In this document: one piece after another, positions 1 to 7,441 of the stretch
How positions within the stretch are numbered: the stretch's first letter is position 1
How the letters are laid out: the number at the start of each line of letters is the position of its first letter
Origin: Tubiluchus corallicola
Lineage: Eukaryota > Animalia > Priapulida
Direction of reading: 5' to 3'
DNA length: 7,653 nt
Assembly: GCA_030141605.1 (NCBI GenBank)
Contig: JAQGDQ010002226.1
Coordinates: 1 to 7,653 of the forward strand
Notes under the pieces: model-generated
Database searches by the model: none
Told to the model about the DNA's origin: nothing
Seen by the model: the letters and a program-made list of their open reading frames with translations, nothing else
Translations under genes and position numbers: made by a program

Positions 1-40
1 TTGTGCATTTAACTCTTTTACATCCTTTTACAAACTGATA

Positions 41-331
41 AGGTAAAGCGGTCTAGAGTAATTGGTCATTGTTATGAAATTGTGATGTGAGAAAGAGAAG
101 AACCTGGGTACAATGCATGACAGATCAGACCCGGGAGGTCGCGGGTTCGCACCTCGACCGAGTCGTACCAAAAACTTACAAAATTGTACCACCGAAACTT
201 TGACCAAAAACGCTGGTTTATCGAAATAACATGCGGGTAATATAATCGGGAGCACCTTGGAAATAAGCATTGAGTTACTTGTGTTATCCCTGGACTGTCC
301 TAAACGAAATCATTATTAGTATTATTATTAT
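41..331 (+). mobile_element. tRNA-derived SINE (possibly with a Meta-like central domain)
   Basis: A-box-like aggtaaagcggtctagag (41-58), B-box-like GGTTCGCACCT (144-154) within gaggtcgcgggttcg, then gtcgtaccaaaaacttacaaaattgtacc, which resembles the GTCATACCAAAGACT..AAAATGGTACC core I recall from invertebrate SINEs. It ends in an (ATT)n tail at ~312-331. The 5' boundary is approximate. Confidence 0.6.
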
Positions 332-730
332 GTGCACACAATGTGAAATACAATGTTACTGTTATGAGTTGGAGTCGAACACAAAGTTGTGTTGAAGAAA
401 CGGAGATGCATTTTCCACATCATTCCTTATCATCAATGAACAAAAATAACAAAACAAAACATCAGAGCTGCCATCCCAAACAGCCGATATTACTTCCATC
501 TCTATAACAACTCCCCAACTAGGCCAAAATCAAGTTACAAATTAGGTATGTGAAGCCAACCTGGCGCACAAATTAGAATCACAGTAAGCGGGTCATAACA
601 GTTTTCTGCGCTGAAATTGACTGGAATGGATTGGAATAGGTTTACATAGACTGAAATGGGATTAATAACACTCCTAATTATAGTTAAAACACAACTATAT
701 TAAAACTTAATTTACGTAGTTAAAAAATCG

Positions 731-772
731 TGTCAAACGTTTCGACAGAGCTACTGCTGTCATCATCAGTGG
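731..772 (-). ncRNA. Minimal type I hammerhead ribozyme motif in the PLE terminal repeat
   Basis: The minus strand reads CCA-CUGAUGA-U-GACAG-caguagcu-CUGUC-GAAAC-GUU-UGACA: conserved core boxes, a 5-bp stem II and a palindromic AAACGUUU in place of stem III. Confidence 0.7.
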
Positions 773-829
773 TCAGTTTTTACAAACATGCAACCAGTTT
801 ATACAGGCAGAGCCTACAGTATAGAACAC

Positions 830-974
830 TATGCACTAATAATGGTGAACAGAGCCAAATAGGTAATGAATAAGCAGACCAGTAGAAAAGAAACTGTTAC
901 AGTAAATTATGCACTAATTATGTATTTACAAAAAGCCAAATAACTAATGATTAAGCAGACCTGTAGAAAAGAAA
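830..974. repeat. Two-copy ~78-bp tandem repeat inside the PLE tail
   Basis: tatgcactaat...gccaaata...aatga(a/t)taagcagacc(a/t)gtagaaaagaaa occurs at 830-893 and 908-974. Confidence 0.85.
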
Positions 975-993
975 TAGACACAGTAACAAATAG

Positions 994-1212
994 CTAAGTG
1001 TTTGAGAATAAAGTTAAAGGAATTGAACTGCTTTGTACATTGAGAGAAGCCTTACTGAGATGCATAGATAAACGTTCTTTGATTAACAAGTCCCAGTTAT
1101 TAGCAGCTCTAGTCACAATGCTGAAATTATCAAAATCAACTTTGTGGCCAGAGGCACAATTATGGTCATTGATGTTCGACTGAGGAGAATTTTTTAATTT
1201 CTTGACGAAGTG
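994..1212 (-). pseudogene. C-terminal fragment of a PLE RT-GIY-YIG endonuclease ORF
   Basis: Start-less open frame missed by the ORF track: HFVKKLKNSPQSNINDHNCASGHKVDFDNFSIVTRAANNWDLLIKERLSMHLSKASLNVQSSSIPLTLFSNT*. It matches the recalled PLE pattern S.I.DH...GH..DFDNF.I......LLIKE.L....KP.LN.Q..S.PL.LF. Confidence 0.8.
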
Positions 1213-1813
1213 CTAGAAAGTTGTAGATTAAATGCCAATGGTAATACGAATTAACCAGGGATAGGAAAAATGACTCCTAAATTAGATTACATTGATTTAA
1301 CATTAACTTGAAAGCCATACAAAAAGAAAAAGCATTTTCACCAAACAATAAAAGCTACAGTGAAATACTACTACAGACGATACACACAGAGAATAAACAT
1401 TAGTAATTATCAACGTTCCATAAACAGTCCAGATCGATCGATGCTGTTTCGCGTCTTATCATTGTATAATTCGAACAGAGTTGACAATAGTTTATACATG
1501 TTAATGTCACAAGTCCTAGTAATCCTTTTCTAATACATAGGATTTCCTACAACGGTGCAAAAAGTGTGGCAATGATAAATTTGCGGACACGCCAGAAGCA
1601 GTCATTTAGGTAATTTAAACAGCTTCCTCATATGCGTAATTGTTATACGTTAATTGGTGTGAAGCACTCAAAGGACATTAATTAAATTGTGCAGATGCAT
1701 TTCAAAGATCACATTGATGTTTCAGTAACCTGGTTACTGCAATTAAAATGTCTCCAGCAAAATATGTACAAAGCCTGATGAATGGATAATCGCAATAAAC
1801 ATTAATCTTTACC

Positions 1814-2180
1814 ACTAGCCAAACCTCCCAAAAATTTGCACAAGTCCACAATGACAACCCCAGTCACACTAGACCACAACCACACCATCTACGTACACCA
1901 TGCTACACCTATCACACAACCCCATCACACTATAACACTCCCACCACACCACACAACCCACACCATGACAAACCATGCCATTCTCAGAACACCACCCACA
2001 CCTACACCCACTACACCATACCACACTATATTAAACCCACCACATCACATGGTGATCATGATGATGATGACGGTGATGCTGGTTATGACGATATCCACAT
2101 CACTGGATGGAGCTGGAAAAACACCAGCTACGGGACACTGTGGCTCTCCCGCAAATTCTAAATGTGCCCACTACACCTGT
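1814..2180. repeat. Copy A of a diverged duplicated A/C-rich low-complexity segment
   Basis: It shares ordered anchors with copy B at offsets of 654-662 nt: actagccaaac (1814/2468), tcacatggtgaYcatgatgatgatga (2045/2707), gacactgtg (2134/2793), tgccca (2165/2821). Confidence 0.75.
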
Positions 2181-2467
2181 TGAGCGGCCTATACTACAGT
2201 TATCAGCACCACGCCCGACCCATTACCGATCTCCCAGAAATAAGAGGCACAAAAAAACGGGCAAGACGGACCATTTTTGGAGATTTTTCACTTCCAGTTC
2301 CTCCCGGTGGCCCCGATTCGAAAAATAAACCATCAGTGATATGAAACTAGATCAAGATTTTTCTTTTGTTATGTAGATGGTCGAAAATGTGGTTCCTGCC
2401 ATCAGAGCTGTAGCCTCAAATCACATAATTATAATGCTTACAAACCACTATCTAAATTAATTATAAG

Positions 2468-2836
2468 ACTAGCCAAACACTGCGAAAGAATTTTGTACAC
2501 AAACCAAAAACAACCCACGCCACACTACACCATATCACCCATCACCCACACCTCAGCACCCACATCGCACTATTCACGCCTTGCCACACCCACCACACCA
2601 CTTCACCCACACCATACAACCCACACCACACCACAACAACCTACAATATGCTCACTACACTCACCACTCCCACTACACCATACTATACTACGCCAAACCC
2701 AGCATATCACATGGTGACCATGATGATGATGATGGCAACACCTACAACATCAACACCAACAGCAATGCAAATATTTTGCACAAATCAAATTTGACACTGT
2801 GTGCTATGACAAATGCTCTTTGCCCAATCCACTTAT
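2468..2836. repeat. Copy B of a diverged duplicated A/C-rich low-complexity segment
   Basis: Same anchors as copy A, with a CAC/ACC-rich body followed by a (GAT)n tract. Confidence 0.75.
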
Positions 2837-3242
2837 CATCAATAATATATGGACATTCTACAGAGTGTTAGGCAACGTGCAACTGAATGACGTCAGAACA
2901 ATGAAAACGTCACTGCAACTTCTACTCGAAAATCACCCAAAATAGAACCTCTGATTAACTCGTCGCAGCTCCTCTTCACGAAATGTTTACCGTACAATTG
3001 GATGCTGGTAACAGATCTCTGAGGTCAATCATTGCATGTTCAGTTTGTTGTTAGATCTGTGGCGGTTTCATAAGCAAATGAACCTGTATTAAAAATAATA
3101 ATGACAGTGCTAGTTATCATTTTGTTGTAATGAACGTAGAAATTGGAAACTTGGAAAATTGGATACGCCTTAGTAATACCTGGTATTGTATTGATACTGT
3201 AATTCTGTAAAATTACTGAAGATGCTTTTAATAAATTTGGTT

Positions 3243-3384
3243 TTAGTTTAGGAAGTGGGTATTGTTCCGATGATCGGAATCCTGAATTTGCGAGATACTC
3301 TTCCGATCGTCGGACCGCGAACTTTGCTGTGCGCAAGTTCCGATCATCAAAAAATTCTTCCTAAAACCGGGACCACTAAACTAA
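3243..3384. repeat. Short foldback/MITE-like element with three internal palindromic repeats
   Basis: Inverted pairs tttaggaag (3247-3255)/cttcctaaa (3357-3365) and ttagtttag (3243-3251)/ctaaactaa (3376-3384) flank ttccgatgatcggaa (3265), ttccgatcgtcggac (3301) and ttccgatcatcaaaa (3338). Confidence 0.5.
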
Positions 3385-3522
3385 TATACGTTGTACTCGA
3401 ATCAACTCCCACTTGTAGTGGTACCGGCACCGAAGTGCACCGAGCGCGAATTTTATCTGGAAAAGCAGTGAATAGAACACGTGGTAGTGTAACTCTCCGC
3501 GGACAGTGAATGTATGCACGCA

Positions 3523-3850
3523 CAAATATGTTTGATCGAGGGTTTCCAAAGAATGGCTACAAAAATGGTTGAACGATTAAAGAATGTTCCTTATTGCCAA
3601 TGACTTAAGCGTCTCGGTCTGCATAAAATTATTAAAGGAATTGATGATGTAGATGTTGGAAACTTTGCATTTGAGAGCCATGAGTGGAGGATCCGAGGTC
3701 ACCAGTTACAACTGTACAAGAAAAGAGCAAAGCTGGATTTAAGAAAATGCTTTTTCAACCATAGAGTAATTGATTTGTGGAACGGTTTACCTCAAACGAC
3801 CTTAGAAGCAGTTACAGTTAATTAGTTCAAAGCATCCAACTAAACATATG
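3523..3850 (+). mobile_element. Decayed 3' end of a CR1-like non-LTR retrotransposon ORF2
   Basis: Frame from 3523: QICLIEGFQRMATKMVERLKNVPYCQ*LKRLGLHKIIKGIDDVDVGNFAFESHEWRIRGHQLQLYKKRAKLDLRKCFFNHRVIDLWNGLPQTTLEAVTVN*FK. It matches the recalled CR1 C-terminal motifs QRRATK, Y..RL..LGL, YKII.G, RGH..KL, FF..RV...WN.LP. Stops at 3601 and 3823, and an apparent internal deletion of the SLE.RR.RGDLI segment. Confidence 0.85.
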
Positions 3851-5335
3851 TAAATGCTATTGAAGAGCAAAATCTAGATTGGATTCGTGCATGAGAAACA
3901 AGTCTGCAAACACAGTTTCTATTAACAGGATACTAGTACCCTTAATTATGGCGCCTATTATTAATTTTTGCTGTAATATGTGTATATAGCGTATTGCAGC
4001 GTATTATATCGTTACAATCATTGTAGTTTTAGTGCAAGTGCCACAGAAAAGTTGTTTAAAAATGTGTGTATATGATATAACCCAGTTTTGAGTTCCTTAC
4101 ACTAAGGTTATCAAATTACCTAAAGCCGTAATAATTGTCAAACTGATATGAGTAGCTGCAAGGGTAAAGTAAGGTGAGAAAATCTTGAGGATATGTTTGT
4201 GCAAGAGAGCAATGGCATAGATTTAATCAAAATGAAATCTGATGCAAAAACATTTGAAATTTGCATAGTTTTATACTAGCTTTGCTTATACCTAACAAAG
4301 CATAGTAAAGTGCTTTTTAAGCCTACCCACACCTCTCGGGAAAATAGGTGCCGGTCTGCTGTTACAGACAGTGCAGTATCGCTGGAAAAAAATCATCTGT
4401 GAACACCTAGAACATTGAGAAATGGGCTAGAAGTTGAGGGTTCTGTCAAATATGCATTTTAGAAAATATAACTCGAAGAGGTATGATGAAGCACAGCGAG
4501 AACCACAAAGAATTCATGTAGTGCATAAGAGAACAAAAAATGCAATTGTAATTCAAATTTTAGTCCATTTATGCAAGATGGTTGCACTCTTAACTCACTA
4601 ATATCAAAAATGTCTATTCAAACTTTTATAAAAATTATCAGCAGTTGACTCAAATAACTCTGCATAATTGACTCATATTTTTGCTTTAGAGACACTTGTG
4701 CGTGACCAATGAGCTTTTACTGCTTTTATGTCATCTTTAATTTGCTTTTGTGCACTATAATATACCTAGAAACATCGTGTTAAAAACCGTTTCGTTTGTA
4801 AGCAGTTACATTTATCGTAATTTGCCAGCTTAGCGTTTTTGCTTTTAATCTGTCACCCGCTTGTCTGCTGCAATTAACCTCACTGCTCAAGAATTTATGG
4901 AAGCTAAACTTTTAACCACATGCCTAATGACTTCTTTTTGAAGCTTTTGCTGCTTTTCACAGAACACTTAATCAGTAAACTGTTGTGGGTTGTGCTCGAT
5001 CATGTGACTGGTGCAGTGACAGTAATCTACCAGTATTCTTTACAACTTTACAAGCACAAATATCATACAGCAGCAAAGAGCACAGAGTTAATTTTGAGAA
5101 ATCAAACAAGCGTTCTGTAATAAGTAGGCTAATGGACATGTGGTAATACACATGTAGATAAGTTTGTAAGATACTGAGATATCAGTGAAGCACTTTTAGT
5201 CAGAATGAAATGCTGGTAAATTAGGCAATAACCTTTTAGACTGTAAAAAAACTTGACAGTCAAGTGTCAAATGCGCAATTGCTTATAAAAAATTCTTCAT
5301 TTCTTTTAGTTTAGACTGGAAGAGTGGAAAACGCA

Positions 5336-5348
5336 GCTTTTGTTTTAG
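5336..5348 (+). promoter_or_regulatory. Candidate 3' splice acceptor (5'UTR intron or trans-splice site) immediately upstream of the LDLa start codon
   Basis: gcttttgttttag|aaaaATG: a T-rich tract and AG end 4 nt before ATG 5353. An alternative acceptor ttcttcatttcttttag ends at 5309. Confidence 0.4.
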
Positions 5349-5352
5349 AAAA

Positions 5353-6462
5353 ATGTTTGTGCTCCTGCTCACAGCATCTGTGTTCCACGCAGCTTCTTGC
5401 TTGCAACCATGCCTGATGGAAGAGTTTGACCCGCCATTACAGGGTATTCAGTGTAGAAGCGGAAGCTGAATTTTTGAATCTGGCCGATGCGATGGAATTC
5501 ACAATTGTGGTGAACCTGGAGATTACTCCGACGACGAGAATTGCAGTGCCTGTAAAGGTGACCAGGCATTCCACTGCGACAACAAGTGCGTCCCTAAAGC
5601 CTGGCTGTGCGATGGTATCTTCAACTGTGACGATAAATCAGACGAAAGTAATGCTAACTGCGATGAATGTCCCATTCGTTACCCAGGGTACGTGCCGTTC
5701 AAATGCGCAGACAGCTCAATGTGCATCAGTGACCGTTTCTACTGCAATGGGAGGAAAGATTGTCCAAATGGTGAAGGGTGCGTCCACAAATGTGTGGATA
5801 AAACCGCTTTTCTATGTGATGAAGCCAAATGTTTGGATCCTATTCGAGTGTGCAACGTTTATGTGGATTGTAAAGATGGAACTGACGAACGAAACTGTGA
5901 TGAATGCGGTCTAGGTGGATTTCTTTGCGACAACAGTCAATGCATTTCAAAGTCTGAGGTTTGTGATGGTGAAGAACAATGCGACGACGGGAGCGACGAA
6001 TTGGTCAAGCAATGTCCTCCTTGTGGACCACTCAAATCTCCTTGCGCGGATGGTCAGTGCATCAAGACTCGGCAGTTCTGTGATGGAACAATCAATTGTA
6101 AAGATGGCAGCGACGAAAACAACTGTACCATCTGCGGTGGTCGTGCGAAGCTGTGCGACGAAAGACGCTGTGTTGCGGCTGAGAGATTGTGCGACAACGT
6201 TGCCGACTGTAATGATGGAACAGATGAAGGACCAAACTGTAAGCCATGTGCGGCACCAAGGACATTTCGATGCCTGAATAAGAAATGCATTTCTGAAGAC
6301 AAGGTCTGCGATGATAGAAATGATTGCCGAGATAGCTACACAGGCTCAGATGAATATTATTACATGTGTGAGGAACGAAAGGCAGCAGGCTCTGCTGAAA
6401 GGATAGCAGTAGCCACAGCAGCGATTTTGGTAATACTCATTTCTGCATTTATGGCTATGTGA
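5353..6462 (+). CDS. Secreted or probably GPI-anchored protein with 8 tandem LDL-receptor class A repeats (369 codons), interrupted by one in-frame TGA at codon 39 (possible nonsense allele/pseudogene or recoded UGA)
   Basis: Extending the 5692..6462 ORF upstream in frame reaches ATG 5353 in an AAAA-ATG context: MFVLLLTASVFHAASCLQPCLMEEFDPPLQGIQCRSGS*IFESGRCDGIHNCGEPGDYSDDENCSACKGDQAFHCDNKCVPKAWLCDGIFNCDDKSDESNANCDECPIRYPGYVPFKC... Eight 6-Cys modules match the LDLa pattern C..C..C(I/V)..C(D/N)G..C.DG(S/T)DE..C. Hydrophobic N-terminus (5353-5400) and C-terminus AAGSAERIAVATAAILVILISAFMAM*. No intron is needed. Confidence 0.85.
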
Positions 6463-6515
6463 ACAGTTTCGGTTCTTGCACTATAGTCGCTTTATAAAAT
6501 GTATTTGTTGTGCCG

Positions 6516-6521
6516 ATTAAA
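6516..6521 (+). promoter_or_regulatory. Possible polyadenylation signal (ATTAAA variant) for the LDLa gene
   Basis: ATTAAA lies about 54 nt after the stop codon and is followed by a T-rich stretch. The hexamer is common in AT-rich DNA. Confidence 0.25.
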
Positions 6522-7441
6522 TACTCATTTATTTTTACTGTATAGCTTCTACCACTGTAAGGACAATAGTGACATCATCTGTAAGACTCAGCGTAGTGTC
6601 ATCGAGCCCGTCTTCAATGCTATGTCACTGATTAGTATAGAAATCAGCCGATTGATATTTTTACCCTGCTGTCCTTACTGCGTATTGTGCAAGTTTTATG
6701 CAGGACTTCAACTGATGTAACTTTGAGAATATTTTTACTCTTACTAACCAGCTGTTTTAAATTTATTGTTGCTTGGGAATTGTTTTAAGAAAGGGAAGTT
6801 TTAATTGTAATCTTACACGTGGTGTTTGTAGGATCATGAGTCACATTAATCTGCGCACAATCTTGCTCAACTGATCATGTATCGTAAAGTTCTAAACAAG
6901 CTGTCCTTTTTTGGCAAGCTGTTAATAATATGACGGGAACTTGTGCATTTTAATTATGCGTTAATTTAATTTAAAGTGACGTTAGTAATAACTTTTAGAA
7001 TCTTGACTTTTTTAGGTGAGTATCATTCTATGCAATCTAGCTATCGCTACCATTATAATGTGAATTAATCAATTCGTGTATTTATGTATGTCAGTCATTT
7101 TTTACAATTTTTGTGAATCATGTAATCTCAACTTTCTATGATTTTTATCTACACCATTACTCTTTGATTCATTTTCAATTACATTTATACAGCATTTTGA
7201 GCTGTTTATTATCTGTAAATCTCATTCCGTTAATTCTCAGGGAAATATTCACAACAAATTTTATTAGTATTAATGATATTTCGGGAAACCACAGCTCTTT
7301 TCATTAAGTTTGTAACCTAATACTTGAACGGTAGTTACCAAAATATCGTTAGCATTTATAAACCTTGATGTAATTAAACACCTTTTGGTGGCTTATTATG
7401 GATACACCACACCACTCATCAGTTTCTAAAGGAATAAGATA

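Larger units (their letters stand above)
679..1212 (-). mobile_element. 5'-truncated Penelope-like retroelement (PLE) 3' end: endonuclease C-terminal coding remnant plus 3' pLTR/UTR with hammerhead motif
   Basis: Minus-strand translation of 1212-994 resembles the PLE GIY-YIG domain C-terminus. It is followed by a noncoding tail with a CUGAUGA/GAAAC hammerhead core. The tail recurs at 7442-7653. Confidence 0.8.

Noticed and set aside
28-270. 80-aa minus-strand ORF, and the possibility of a true tRNA gene
   Set aside because: The ORF overlaps the SINE-like element. I could not fold a cloverleaf, and the sequence continues into a SINE-like body and simple-repeat tail.
998-1183. 61-aa plus-strand ORF
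   Set aside because: Antisense to the PLE endonuclease remnant, which explains the region.
1775-1800. CTGATGA on the plus strand
   Set aside because: No stem II or GAAA follows, so it is not a hammerhead.
2099-2340. Imperfect inverted repeat atcactggatgg / ccatcagtgat suggesting a MITE, and ORFs 2107..2328 and 2162..2344
   Set aside because: The left arm lies within the region colinear with duplicate copy B, no TSD is evident, and the ORFs have no recognisable features.
2888-2895. Perfect CRE palindrome TGACGTCA
   Set aside because: A single 8-mer with no evidence of a nearby transcription start.
3265-3352. CRISPR-like repeat-spacer periodicity
   Set aside because: Only three 15-bp divergent repeats, short spacers, no cas genes, eukaryotic context.
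3040-3509. ORFs 3040..3336(-) and 3255..3509(+)
   Set aside because: No recognisable domains; they overlap the palindromic foldback element.
4274-4307. Hairpin tactagctttg...caaagcatagta
   Set aside because: Isolated AT-rich stem without a Helitron-type CTRR end or other supporting context.
5692-5694. GTG start given by the ORF track for the LDLa protein
   Set aside because: It lies inside repeat 3. The frame continues upstream through two more repeats to a signal peptide at ATG 5353.
5369-6302. ORFs 5369..5569(-), 5426..5914(+), 5915..6277(+) and 6054..6302(-)
   Set aside because: Alternative-frame or antisense shadows of the LDLa coding sequence with no recognisable motifs.
6832-6980. 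SECIS candidates at ATGAG (6836) and ATGAC (6930)
   Set aside because: Neither forms a helix II stacked on a UGAN/NGAN quartet with a correctly placed AA. The first is an ordinary weak hairpin.
4920-7307. Short ORFs 4920..5120, 6499..6720 and 7113..7307
   Set aside because: Short, AT-rich, no motifs; consistent with chance ORFs in intronic, UTR or intergenic DNA.
7381-7422. Possible third hammerhead on the minus strand (CUGAUGA-GUGGU...GCCAC-CAAAAGG)
   Set aside because: The GAAA box is absent and there is no stem III; at best a heavily decayed relic.
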